Position numbers and translations under genes: made by a program. From NCBI GenBank assembly GCA_052055015.1, contig JBQJIT010000046.1: a DNA stretch of 42,039 bases; one strand, given 5' to 3'. Source of the DNA: Malassezia furfur. Its lineage: Eukaryota. Positions 10,102-22,500 of the stretch are shown here, piece by piece. The notes beneath the pieces were generated by a model. The model saw only the letters and a program-made list of their open reading frames with translations, was not told the DNA's origin and did no database searches. The first letter of the stretch is position 1. Every line of letters begins with the position of its first letter.

Positions 10102-11262
10102 ATGTCCACGACGCAGTCCCTTACGCCCCAGCAATGGGACGAGCGCCTCCGAGAATTGACACAGGTCGTGGAGATTGGGCCCCTTCTCTTCGAAAGTTGC
10201 TCCGATGTACGTCTAGTGTCTGACACAGACGTCGTACAAGCCCGTCGCGGGGCGCGCCGTCTTTGGAGGTCTTCTCATTGCCCAGGCGATGGATGCCGCG
10301 AATCGCACCGTCCCCAAAGGATTTCAACAGCACGTACGTGTCCTCACTCTCACTTCAGGAAATGCATGTGTGTAGCATTACGCTGACTTAGGGCAAATTC
10401 TTAAATCCGGGCAGGCTCCGCAAATTCCATTTTGAAGTGTCGCGGCTGCGCGACGGTCGCTCTTACGTGACTCGGAGAGTCGACGCGATCCAAGATGGTA
10501 TCCTCGTATTTACTGCATCCATGTCGTTCCAACGACCGGAGCCAGAGCAGCCAGACTATTTCGCACCGCCGCCCGTTGTGGATGCCGCCAACAAATTCGA
10601 GTTGCTGCGCGAGGTTCCAGACGGTCACGGCAACATTGCAACGCACGTACTTCCCCCAGAAATGTGTTTGTCTGGCGAGAACCGCACAGATTACGCGCTA
10701 GAAAACATATCCAAGGATGACAAATGGTACCCATTCCTGAAAGAGGCGAAGGAGCACCAGGAATGGCTGCCCGTTGAGTATCGGTAAGTGTCCCTCTCAT
10801 CCAGCATCGCCGTCCCTACCATGTTCGACTCAATGGGAATGTATCAATTTGGTACCAAGGTTGCGTTCTGGCTGCGGTCGAAAGGACCTTGTGTTGGCGA
10901 CGACAATTACCAACGCACCGTGCTTGGATTCCATGTTGAGTACGTCTAGGTTCTTATTCAGCCAATTCCTGTTGGGCGCAATGCAAGCAAACCTTAACAA
11001 AGGTCCCCCTACCATGATGGCTAGTCTGGACCATACCATGTGGTTTTCCAATGCGTTCCGCATGAGCGACTGGCTTCTGATGGTCGTGCGTATTCACTTG
11101 GCTTACCGAGATCGAAAATCAATCCACCAACAATGGCCGTGCACTCGTTTTGGCACGCATCTACAACAGCAACGGTGTCTTGGTTGCAACTACGGTACGT
11201 TGTGGCATTGCTTATGGCAGATCCAAGAGGGCGTCCTCCGTTACAAGGCATCGAGGCTGTAG
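10102..11262 (+). CDS. Acyl-CoA thioesterase II (TesB/ACOT8/Tes1 family); 7 introns (10207-10228, 10334-10358, 10368-10391, 10784-10804, 10940-10961, 11086-11110, 11195-11220)
   Basis: Spliced model gives the double hot-dog TesB motifs VFGGLLIAQA, HEMHGKFLNPG, RLRDGRSYVTRRVDAIQ, MMASLDHTMWF, DWLL, GRALVLARIY and QEGVLR. Confidence 0.88.
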
Positions 11263-11300
11263 AAAAAATGCACTCCAGACATTAACACCTCCACATCTAT

Positions 11301-12762
11301 ATGGCTTCCAACGCACGCGGGGTCGCTGTGTTAGAGGCTGTTCCAAGTTATGAGGACTTCTTGGTATGAGAGAGAGGCTGAACAAGAACACGTATTTGAT
11401 TCCCAATGTCCCTGTCATTTTCCCGTTTGACCTTGTCCGAGATTGGCCAGCCTATACCGACCTCGTTGAGGGAGGCAAGGTGCACTGGGCTGCGCTCGCA
11501 TCTCGCTATGGTGATCATCAGGTGCCTGTCATAACCAAGAGTGACGAGGAGTGTCACTCTGAGACACTGAAACTAGCTGAAGCGGTTAAGAAGATTGAAG
11601 GAGCTCCTAAGGAGCCCATATATATCAAAGATTGGCACCTTGTTCGCACAGCGCGAACCGACGTCTTGTCGCGTTCTCCTGACGATCCGTTGGATCGCAC
11701 TTTGCCATATCGCACACCCTTTCTGTTTGCCGATGACTGGATGAACAATATCACACCTCCCACGAAGAGCGATACGGCCTCTTTTCTGCCCGATGCGTGG
11801 CTCCTATCTGAGAGCACGGCCTCCCTTGAGTCAGACGATTTCCGGTTCTGCTATGCTGGTACAAAGGGTTCTTCCACGCCTCTTCATCGAGATGGTAGGT
11901 ATAAAATATCACTGACACAGTTTGTGCGTACCCAGCCTAACCCAGACGCGTCCTATTCCTGGAGCACCAATATCGCTGGTCGGAAACGCTGGCGTCTTTT
12001 TGCCCCTGAAGATGCCCACTTGTTACGGCGTACGTCGCATGCTCACGCCAGGGTTCCCTGATCGGCGCACCTCCGAGCTTGCCCCATCCTTCGCAGCCAT
12101 GGAAGCGCGCCGTGCAGCTGAGAAACTCGGGTCGTACAGCGAAGGCCGCGAGGGATGGACGGGGTGGGAGGAAGTTCGCTCGCGTGTATATACAGTGGAA
12201 CAAGAGGTACGCCGGTTCTTGACACAGCCGGGGCAAACCATATTTGTTCCATCAAATTGGTACCATGAAGTTGAGAACCTCACAGACTGCCTGAGCGTAC
12301 GTTGTAAATTCTCACACAGCTCAATCACAATTGGTGCAACTCTGTGAACATCATCCGCATGTATGAAGCCATGGAGCACGAGGTACGGTGCGGGCACGCT
12401 TCTGAGACAGACCGACGACGTTACGGAGGCATTGAGCGATGTTCGTGAGATGCTACAGCAAAACAACCCATCAGATTGGCAAGGCGAGTTTGCGAGTCTC
12501 GTTCAAGACATTGTGCGTCAAGATGCAGGCTGGGCCTGGGAGGGATTCTGGCATATGATCTTGCATAACATTACCCAGGTTCCGTGTCAGGTGTGTCATG
12601 TTACTTATCAAGCCTATCTACCGCCCACCAGAAGACTTTGTCTACGCTCGTATTCAGACGCTGCTAAACCGCTTCTCCCAGCGCGAAGAAACCGCGTGGC
12701 TCCCAGCGTCCGTTAGGGAAACGCTTCGCAAACTTTCGGCTGCAGTGGAACGGAACGATTAG
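11301..12762 (+). CDS. JmjC-domain 2-oxoglutarate/Fe(II) oxygenase, JMJD4-like; 8 introns (11364-11386, 11895-11920, 11924-11945, 12030-12051, 12207-12227, 12297-12319, 12383-12410, 12591-12612)
   Basis: Motifs YIKDWHL, FADDWMN, DDFRFCYAG, TPLHRDVYASYSWSTNIAGRKRW, QEPGQTIFVPSNWYHEVEN and SLNHNWCN appear after splicing; the HxD...H iron triad is intact. Confidence 0.85.
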
Positions 12763-12795
12763 TCAGCACGTAGAAGAAGGTCCGCTCGCGGTAGG

Positions 12796-14939
12796 ATGCT
12801 ACGTTGCTCTTTTCTGCCTTCTTGCTCAATGAACCCTTCGGACGCGTTTGCACACAGCTCAAAGTACCGCACTGGTAGTGCATGGGACATGCATCAAAAC
12901 AACATTCGACCCTATTGGGAAACAAACTCTCCAGTTGTCGAGAAGTACGCATCTCCTTCAATCCCAGCTGCTGCACAGCTCCCCACGATGCTCCAATCCA
13001 TGTATCTGGGCGAGCAGCCGGCACCAACCCCGAATTGGTCTCCAGATCAGCAGCATTGGTTCTACCTCGATCCGAATGGGAATGTTCAGGGTCCCTTTAC
13101 GGCCACATCGATGCAGTCCTGGTACGAGCAACAGTACCTCTACATGGACTTGTTGGTGCGTAAAGCCGAAGAGACCACCTTCCGCCCGCTCTACAGCGTC
13201 GTGCAGGAAACGGCCAATTCGGTCACCCCATTCTTGGTCCCGCCTATAGCGACCAAGAGTGCACCGCACACGCCCAAGCAGCCGGCTCATGCGACATCGG
13301 TAGGGGGTGCTACGCCCTCTGCGTATGCGGCTGCCCCTGCCTCTGTTCCCTCTCCAGTGCCCGTACCGCGGGCCGATGTGTCTGAGCCCGCGCTCTCTCA
13401 GCCTGCTCCAGAACCAGAGCCTTCTTCAGCACCGGACGCGCAGCCGGCGTCGAACCTCACGCCCGAAGATCTGAGCACGGCCCTCCGTGTGATGAAACAG
13501 ATCGAATCGATGCTCATCAAAAACGGTGCATCTGAAGTCCAAATTACTGAGATGCTTCAGCGCGCGATCTCTACGGCGATGCCGCATGCGAATGCGGCTG
13601 GTATCGACCAGATGCAGGCTGCAATGCGGGACCAGCGTGAGGAGGCTGCTGCCGAGCGTGCTGCATCTGCACCGCAGCAGGACACGCAGGTCGAGACTGC
13701 ACCGCCGCAACCAGCAGAGGACGTGACGAGTAAGGCTCCGGCATCTTCCTTGCCAGTCGATACCCCACCTTCTTCCCAGGACACCCCCAAAGAGAAGCCC
13801 AAGTCGCGTCGCGCAGCGAAGCGCGAGGCACAAGCCGCGCGCGAGGCGCAAGCCGCTGCGGCTGCGGCTGCGTCTGAGCCCAGCGCTAGCGCTCAGGAGA
13901 CGACCGAGCAGGCATCCGATGCCCCCTCCGAACCCGTGTCGTCGGCGCCTTCGTCCACACTCCCACAGAAGCCCAAGGTGGCTCCGTGGGCGTCGCCCGC
14001 GCAGAAAGGGCCCGCGCAGGGCTCGCCTGCGCCCAAACTGCGCGAGATTCTCGAGCGCGAGGAGCGTGAGCGTGCTGCACGTCTCGCCCAAGAAAAGGCG
14101 CTGGCTGCTGCGCGTCTGGCGTACGACGCGGCGGCCCCTGCACCTGTCCAGACGACGCCGACTCGCTCGTCGTCTGGTACCGCCTGGAGTATACCCACCA
14201 AGACGCCGGCCGCTAAGTCGCTTTCCCAGATCCAACAGGAAGAGAGTCTGGCCGCCGAGCGTGCCAAGGCGGCGCTGCCACCGCGCCCTGCGGCGTACAG
14301 CAGTTCGGCAACGCGTGGTACGACCACGACCGAGCCGCCGCGCCACAACGAGCCGTGGACAAAGGTTGGCGCACAGGGCAAACCTGTGCCTACCGCCGCG
14401 CCGAAGCCGGCGCCTGTGCCGAAGCCCGCGGCGGCACCGAAGCCTGCAGCGCCAAAGCCTGCAGCGCCGAAGTCTGCATCCGCACCGATGCCCGCACCCG
14501 CTGTCGACCCGACGCCCGCGTGGACCGACAGCGAGAGTGGTTGGGTCACGAAAAAGTCCAAGGGCCAAGTGCGCCGCGACGCTCTGACCCAAATGAACGA
14601 TGGGATTCCCCGTCCCACCGGCGCGCCAGCAGGTCTCTCTGCACCCCATCCACAACGTGCGACTCAGTCTACGACGCCGCTGCCGCCCAGCCCCGAGTTT
14701 TTGCGGTACTGCCGCGAGCAGTTGCGCGATCTTCAAGCGAATGGTACGTTTTTGTTTCTAACGCAGTCGACGAGTTCTTGGACATGCTCCTATCCTTCCC
14801 TCTGAACCCGTCGCCGGACGTGGTCGAGATCATTGCTGAAGCAGTGTACGCGAACAGCAAGACGCTGGACGGTCGCCGCTTTGCATCCGACTTTGTGAAC
14901 CGGCGCAAGAAGGACGCATTCCGTGCAGTAGCTTTGTAA
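12796..14939 (+). CDS. GYF-domain protein (Smy2/Syh1/GIGYF-like); one 23-nt intron (14744-14766)
   Basis: GYF domain WFYLDPNGNVQGPFTATSMQSWYEQQY, repeated KLREILE/KSLSQIQQEE motifs, and conserved C-terminus EFLDMLLSFP...VYANSKTLDGRRFASDFVNRRK. The start may instead be the ATG at 12829. Confidence 0.85.
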
Positions 14940-14963
14940 TGGATTAGCAATAGAGGGCAGGTT

Positions 14964-16837
14964 CTATGACGGCCGGTGCGCACCAGAGGGGGTATGCCCT
15001 TCCGCCGAGGGGGCCGCAGGCGGCGCAGCCGCAGGCGCCGTGGCGCTCGGTTCCACGCCCGTTTCGTGTTGGGGCGCCGACGGAGCTGGCGCGGGCGCAG
15101 GCGGCGCCGATTCGCCTGCCGAAACGGCAGGGGCCCGTGCATCGGTCGGCTGAGCGGGCGGTGCTGCCGATGGCTCGTTGGCCTCTGCCGCAGCCGGTGC
15201 AGCGTCGCGCGTCGGCTGCGACGCCGCCAGCTCCGCCGTCGAGGGCGCTGGCCCCGCGGGCTCCATTGGATCCACTTCCATCTCGGTCGGCGCCGGCTGT
15301 GGCTCGGAAACGGGGGCCGGCGCCGGCTGCTGTGGCTCGGGGCGGTAAGAGTGCACGTTGCGACGCCCACCCTCACCCTCGTCCTCCGAGTCGCTCAGAT
15401 CGCCATCGCGCTGGATCCGCTTGTCGCGCAGCCGCTGGATCTTGCTCGCACGTTCGTCGGGGTTGTCCATATCGTCGTCCTCGTCGTCGAGCGCCATGTC
15501 GTGCGCCAGGCGAGGTTCCACATGACCTTGCACCGATGGCGCCGGTACGATGTGTCGCAGGTTCTCAAACACCTGCTCCTTGACCTTGTCGAGGTACTCG
15601 CGTGTGTTCAGGTTCTCCATGTTGCTCGGCCGCACGTCTAGGCGGTAGTCGGGCCCAAAGTACTCGTAGTACTCGTTCACAGGCACGATCGGGTTCAGTT
15701 CTTGCCCCGCGGCGAGACCAGTTTCATAGGCCCACGCACGGCTCACGTTCCGCATCGTGTATCCGCCGCCTCCGAGCAACAAGAGAGGCAGACCAAAGCT
15801 TTTGACAAACTCGACACAGTTCGCATGGCCGCGCATCGACAGGTTGAAGCAGCCGAGCTTGTCGCCCGACAGAGAGTCGGAGCCACACTGGAGCACCACG
15901 GCCGACGGCTGGTACTGCTCCATGATCCGCCGGATCACGGGCTCAAACACGTATTTGTACGACTCGTCGGTAATCCCATCGCGCAGAGGAACATTGCACG
16001 CGTAATTCTTCCCCTTTCCAATCCCCGTGTCGCGCAGCTCACCCGTGCCGGGGAAAAACTCGCCATATTTGTGGAATGAGCACGTCATTACACGGTCCGT
16101 CGTGTAGAATGCCTCTTCAACACCGTCTCCGTGGTGCACGTCGATGTCGATATACAGGACACGCGGATGGTAGCGCAGCAGTTCAAGGATGCCCAGGACA
16201 ATGTCGTTGATATAGCAGAACCCACTCGCTTCGCCCTTTTTGGCATGGTGCAATCCACCGGCCCAGTTCACGGCAATGTCGCATTTGTCGCGCGAGAGAC
16301 GCGCAGCGCCCTCTGTGGTTAGGAGGGCCGATGCCCGGCTACGCACCCATTGAGCCGCCCGCGGAGATCGCGCAGTATTCAAAGAGACCATCAAACACTG
16401 GACAATCATCGCCCACATTGTCTGCCGTCAGCATCCATCACATACATTTGGCTTGCTCGCGCACATACGCATCGACGTTGTCGGGCGTGACGCGATGCAA
16501 AAAGTCGACGTAGTCATCGGTATGAAATTGTGACATTTCGCGCTTGGTCGCCGGCTTGGCACGCTGCCGTCAGACATACACGTACGAAGATCTCCATCTT
16601 CTTGTACAGGCCATAGTTCATCACCAGCGAATGGCACATCCGAATGCGCGTGGGTTTCATGGGGTGCCCCGGCCCATAGTGGTAGTTTCCGATATCCGAG
16701 TCAAAAAAGTAGCAGACCCGGGACGGGTTGCTCGACCCTTTGGCCACAGGTTCCATGAGCGGCATTCCGCCCGCTCCAGGAATGGCAGGCCCCGAGGAGC
16801 CGCCCGCGGCATTCGAAGGCAGAAACGTCGAGCTCAT
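14964..16837 (-). CDS. RPD3: Class I histone deacetylase Rpd3/Clr6-like; 3 introns (16564-16585, 16422-16445, 16313-16346)
   Basis: [68 protein letters not shown], and the LSDSEDEG tail. Confidence 0.93.
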
Positions 16838-16937
16838 CGAGCGCCCCTTGCACAGTGAGAAGGTAAGCCGCGTGTGCTAGCCACGTGGCCCCACGAGCAC
16901 GGGTCGCCGACACGCCTCCGCGCCGATCCACAGTATC

Positions 16938-17414
16938 ATGTCGAGCACGCAACAGGCTTCGGGTCGCTCGCTTATCGCGATTCTCTCTGATGAGGTAAGT
17001 GAGATCACACTCATTGCAAGGACTCTACGACGGGGTTTATCCTGGCGGGTGTCGGCGACGTCAACAAAGACGGACAGAAAAACTTTTTTGTGGTGGACAG
17101 CAAAGTACGCATAACTGGCTCACCCAGACGCCCGTCTCGGAAATTGAAGAGGCGTTCACCGACTTCACCAAGGAGCGCAAGGACATTGCGATTGTGCTGA
17201 TCAGCCAGTACGTCGCCGACAAAATCCGTCCGCTGGTGGACAGGTATGCACAGGCATTCCCCGCATTGCTCGAGATTCCCAGCAAGGACCATCCATATGG
17301 TAGGTGCGCGCCCGACAGCTCAACTCACACCAGATCCGTCCAAGGATGGCGTTTTGAAACGTGTGCAGAAGGTACGTCTATCCACTTTGCTCACACCAGC
17401 TCTTTGCCGAGTAA
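16938..17414 (+). CDS. VMA7: V-ATPase subunit F; 4 introns (16995-17020, 17105-17127, 17300-17333, 17372-17399)
   Basis: Spliced protein reads LIAILSDEDSTTGFILAGVG...RKDIAIVLISQYVADKIR...[30 protein letters not shown]. Confidence 0.93.
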
Positions 17415-17539
17415 CTGCAGTGCACACACTCCTATACATAAATTACGTTGTTGGAAACCATCAAGGAAACATAAAAGACGTAGTTTACTGTACTGATACG
17501 ACTATGACATGGATCAAACTAACAGGACAAGGCGTGGAC

Positions 17540-18055
<516 letters not shown>

Positions 18056-18280
18056 TTATATACTTTGTCCCCGGTGGCGTTGCGGTGGGGTCCCTCTCGG
18101 CCGAACAAAAATTTGTGGCGCGCATGCATGCCGCGCCAGGAACCTCCAAAAGAAAGCGGCTTTTCATTTCGCGTCCGCCCAGTAATTCCGCGTGCGGCGC
18201 ACGGGCATTTGTTTAATCGAGGGGGCGCCTGTCTGACCCTGATCGGCAGAAAAATTTTCTCCGCAGCGCACAAGCGAACA

Positions 18281-18915
18281 ATGGCGAGCGCAGTGGGCCT
18301 TTTTGCCGCAGGAGCGGTTGCGGGCTATTTTGCGCATTATGCGCGCCGCGCATGGTGGCCACAGGGCGAAGTCGTGTTGTCCGATAGCGAAGAAGAACTT
18401 GAGGATGACGATGGCCGTGAGGGCGAAGACGATGCAGCTGCCCCTGCCTCGGAGGAGTGCAAGATGGTACGTGCGTGCTGGCGCATCAACTTACTGCCCA
18501 GGTGCTTGGCGTCCGCACCGACCTAAAGATGGACAAGGGTAAGATTGCAGCACAGTGCGGGTAGGTTGCTGCATACGCTCATTGCCAGACACGCAACCCT
18601 TGCGGCGTACCGTCTTGCGAAGCGGATCACACCCCGCTATGTACAGACGTGGCAGCGTTTGGGGTACGTGTTTCTCACTCATTCCAGCCAAACCAAAATC
18701 GCTATCAAGGTACCCAACGAGGAGGGACTGCAGTCTTTGGCCGAGGCCGCCAAGTCGCTGGGCGTTGCAGCGCGGATCATCCAGGACGCGTACGTCACAC
18801 ACACTCATCCAGGGGCCGCACGCAGGTGGAGCCGGGCAGTCGCACCGTAATCGGCCTCGGCCCCGCGCCCATTTCGGTCATGGATCAGCTTACGCGTCAA
18901 TTCAAATTATTGTAG
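18281..18915 (+). CDS. PTH2: Peptidyl-tRNA hydrolase 2 (Pth2/Bit1); 4 introns (18467-18501, 18561-18588, 18664-18687, 18790-18812)
   Basis: N-terminal membrane anchor, then [38 protein letters not shown] and IQDAGRTQVEPGSRTVIGLGP...LKLL-type end. Confidence 0.92.
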
Positions 18916-18979
18916 GCGAGCTGCCTTTTCTACACATCAATGCATGACAGCGAGCATGTCGGGTATGTAGATCCGTCGT

Positions 18980-21112
18980 TCATTTTCCTAGCAAGGTCGC
19001 CAGAAGCGGGTTGCTCTGCGCTTGCGCCGACGGCGCCGATCCACCAGGCGTGCTAGGCGACGAGTTCGAACGCGGTTGGTTAAGGATGCCGAGAAGGTTG
19101 GCCGAGTTGTTCGCCGGCGCAGGGGAGCGTGCCATAGCCTCCGGCGGCGGCGCATGCGGCGAGGTGATATGCGGGGGCCGTGCCGAGGACGCCGGTGGGC
19201 TCAGCAACGTAGAAAGGAGCGCATGTTGGTGGGACTGCGGCGTGGCACCAGCGGCCGGCGGGCTCGTCGGCATCGAGCGGCTCGGCGCACCGTGCCACGG
19301 GTCAGGATGCCCGGCAGGCGCGCCGAAATGCGGCGGCCTCGGTGGCTGGTGTGGCGGCATCTGATGCATCGACTGGGGATAATGCGGCAGGTGCTGCGGA
19401 AGTGGCGGCATGTGCGCTCCTGCCTGGCCCGGGTAGCCGAATGGTGCCGGTGCCTGCCGCGCCCGGTGCGGCGATTCACTGCTTGCCTCAGCGGCGTGCG
19501 GCGTGGTGGGCGCGGCAGGCCGCGTGCCACCCAGCAACCCGAGCAGGCGGTTCCGGTGCTCCTCGGCCTGCGAGGGGCCCGCAGGCGCCGCGGGCGACTC
19601 GGCAGGGCCTGTGCTGGGCCGTCCGTGCGGCGGCGCTGGCGGCCACGGTCCGTGCGATGGCGGCACACCGACGGCGGGCCACGGCGACGCGGGCGGCTGT
19701 GCCGGCGTCTGGTGCGGCATGCCCAGCAGCGAGTAGAGCTGTGCCTGGTGCTCCTCGCGCGAGGTTGTCGACTGGGGACCACTCGGCTGGAGTGTGCTGG
19801 GCACCGCATCGGATTTCAGGCCCAGCATGTTGCGCAGGGCCGTTGAGCCGTCCTCGCGGCTCGGCTCGCTCTCGGCCTGGGGAGCCGGCACGGGCTGCGA
19901 TCCCTGCAGGAGGTTGAGGAGCAGCTTGCTCGAGTCGTTGGCCTGCGCCGGGAGGCGTGGCGTGCCCTGGGGAGTGCCCTGGGGCGACGGCTTGGCCGAG
20001 CGGTTCTGCGCCTTGCCCGGCGTTCGGCCATTGGCCTTGCCCTGGCGCTTTTGTTGCGGCGACGAAGGCGTCTGCGGACGAGAGGCCTGCATCTGCTTTT
20101 GTGCCGCGGGCGGTAGTGCAATGAGCCCCGGGCGTTGGACGGGCGCCGCGGCGCCAAAGAGCGCATCGAGACTCACGCTCTCGCCCTCGGCCTTGGTCGG
20201 CACCGCACCCTGTGCCGGCTGCGGCGTCTGTGGCCGCGGCGGCTTGTGTGGATGCGTCCGCTTGTTCGCCTGGATCCACTGGCGCAGCCGGGTCACGAAT
20301 GGGGTGATCAGGTAGAATTTTCCGCCGAGCTCCGGACGGGGCTTTTTGTCCTTTTTGCCCGTAGGCAGGTCCGACAGAGGGAACCACTCGATACGCTGGG
20401 TGAGTGCGGCGGTTGACGTACCGAAATCTCGCGGCGGGTCTGTGTTTCCATCGGCGTGTCTTCCGAGAGGCCCGGCACAATGTACAGGCGGACTTTTTGC
20501 TCGCGCATCGTCAGCTCGAGGTAGTCGCGGCTGTCCGGCGGGAGAAGGTGCGATGCATCGACGCCCGTCTCCTCGCGCACCTCACGCAGGGCACAGTCGC
20601 GCTCGGGCTCGTCCTGGTTGATCTTGCCCTTGGGGAACGTCCACGAAGCGCCCTTGGACCATCCCTTGACGAGAACACACTGCGTCAGAACACACAACGC
20701 ACCTTGTTCCAGTCCTTGTTGAGCAGAATTGCGCCACACACAGGCACGCGCGTCTTGTACTGCATAAACTGACTGAACGCCAGCTCGAGGCTCTTGGGCC
20801 CTTTTTCCATGTACAGCCGGATCAGCGGCACCACGAGCGACGACACATGAAGGATCTCTTCCGAGAAGCGCTTCAGGTTGAGTTCGGGCAGGTCTGGGTT
20901 GAGTGGGCACAAAAAGTCGAGATAGAACCAATGTCTGTGTGAGGGGCGACGACATACGCCTGCTCGACCTGGAAGCCGATGCGTTCGATGCTGGCCAGTT
21001 CATTTGCAGGGAGGTTCACAATGAAGCGACAGCTCAAATTCTCGAGCTCTTCGCGCAGCGCAACCGACTTGGCCGAAGCCTCGGCGGGCGCTCCGCCCTT
21101 TGCCTTCCCCAT
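18980..21112 (-). CDS. DCP2: mRNA decapping enzyme Dcp2; 3 introns (20935-20957, 20680-20702, 20396-20421)
   Basis: Box A (LSCRFIVNLP...QVEQAHWFYLDF), YKTRVPVCGAILL, Nudix box GKINQDEPERDCALREVREETG, REISRIEWF, and a disordered tail with LLxLL helical motifs. Confidence 0.93.
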
Positions 21113-21205
21113 GCTGGAGTGGTGTTGCGAGGTCCTACAGCCACGTGCATTCGGCCGACATCAGCAGCGCGGCGCCGAGCACAGACGCTGTCTGCCACGA
21201 TTGCG

Positions 21206-22414
21206 ATGCCGATGCCGCGTGCCTGGGCGGGTGTGCCGCGCGTGTTCCAGCGTGCCAAGAGCACGGCAGTACTGCGTGCTGTGCCAACGAACAAATATAC
21301 CGGATCTGACTCGCCGAGTGGACCGTGGACGCACGAGGTGCCCGCGCGTCGCGAGTGGACGCGCGAGGAGGTGCAGGCGCTGTTCGACCAGCCCCTCCTG
21401 GAGCTCGTCTTCCAGGCGGCTACGGTGCACCGCCAGCACAACGATCCGCAGCGCATCCATCTGTGCACGCTGATGAATATCAAGGAGGGCGGGTGCTCTG
21501 AGGACTGTGCCTACTGCTCCCAGAGCAGCCGCTACTCGACGCACTCTAAGGCGAGCCCGCTCGAGAAACTCGACAATGTGCTCGCCGAGGCGCGCCGCGC
21601 CAAGGAAAATGGCAGCACGCGCTTCTGCATGGGCGCAGCGTGGCGTGAGATCGGTGGCCGGAAGCGCGGCTTTAACCGTATCTTGGACATGGTGCGCGAG
21701 ATCCGCGGGATGGGCATGGAAGTGTGCACAACGCTGGGCATGCTGAGTGCCGAGCAGGCGCAGATGCTCAAAGAAGCCGGCCTGTCTGCCTACAACCACA
21801 ACCTGGACACGAGCCGCGAGTACTACAACAAGGTGATCACCTCGCGTACGTACGAGGACCGCCTCGAGACGATCGCCAACGTGCGCAACGCCGGGATTTC
21901 CGTCTGCTCGGGCGGGATTCTAGGGCTTGGTGAAGACGAGTCGGACCGCGTGGGCCTGATCTGGGAGATGAGCCGCCTGCCGGAGCACCCCGAGAGTTTC
22001 CCGGTGAATGCGCTGGTGGCGATCAAAGGCACGCCGATGGAGGGACAGGAGCCTGTGAGCTTCCAAGAGTTGCTGCGCACGATTGCTACGGCACGCATTG
22101 TTCTCCCTACCTCGATTGTGCGCATTGCCGCGGGCCGTCACCTGTTCAGCGAGTCGGAGCAGGCGATGGCGTTCCTTGCGGGTGCGAACGCCATCTTCAC
22201 GGGCCACCGCATGCTTACAACCCCGACAAGCTCCTGGGACGAAGACAAGGCGATGCTCAGCCGCTGGGGCTTGACGGGCATGAAGAGTTTCGAGAGCAAG
22301 CGCCTTGCGCCGCTCGCCGAGGAGGCGCCGGCGCCGGCACCTTCGCAGCCCGCCGCCGAGCCGGTGCCCGAGTCGCGGCGGCGTCCCGCCACGCTGGACA
22401 CGGGCGCCGTCTAG
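21206..22414 (+). CDS. BIO2: Biotin synthase (radical SAM), mitochondrial
   Basis: CSEDCAYC cluster motif, RFCMGAAWR, EVCTTLG, AYNHNLDTS, VCSGGILGLGE, PESFPVN and AGANAIFTG. Presequence-like start at ATG 21206. Confidence 0.96.
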   Translation: MPMPRAWAGVPRVFQRAKSTAVLRAVPTNKYTGSDSPSGPWTHEVPARREWTREEVQALFDQPLLELVFQAATVHRQHNDPQRIHLCTLMNIKEGGCSEDCAYCSQSSRYSTHSKASPLEKLDNVLAEARRAKENGSTRFCMGAAWREIGGRKRGFNRILDMVREIRGMGMEVCTTLGMLSAEQAQMLKEAGLSAYNHNLDTSREYYNKVITSRTYEDRLETIANVRNAGISVCSGGILGLGEDESDRVGLIWEMSRLPEHPESFPVNALVAIKGTPMEGQEPVSFQELLRTIATARIVLPTSIVRIAAGRHLFSESEQAMAFLAGANAIFTGHRMLTTPTSSWDEDKAMLSRWGLTGMKSFESKRLAPLAEEAPAPAPSQPAAEPVPESRRRPATLDTGAV

Positions 22415-22500
22415 GCGCGACCGACACCCATCCATCCCCTCCATGACATAGTGAACCTTTTCTTAAGTCCGCCGTAGCACCCTGCAAATGCGCGTACGCC

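Noticed and set aside
10100..12800. Centromere at the lower-GC region
   Set aside because: The region is fully occupied by intact genes and only moderately lower in GC, with no strongly AT-rich gene-free core.
3256..14480. Short tandem repeats (EEKPA x2 and TEP repeats in NCL1; PKPAA repeats in the GYF protein)
   Set aside because: In-frame low-complexity coding repeats in disordered linkers, not CRISPR or mobile-element repeats.
18118..18138. Near-palindrome GGCGCGCATGCATGCCGCGCC in the ubiquitin/PTH2 promoter
   Set aside because: Single occurrence and plausible by chance in GC-rich DNA; no function can be supported.
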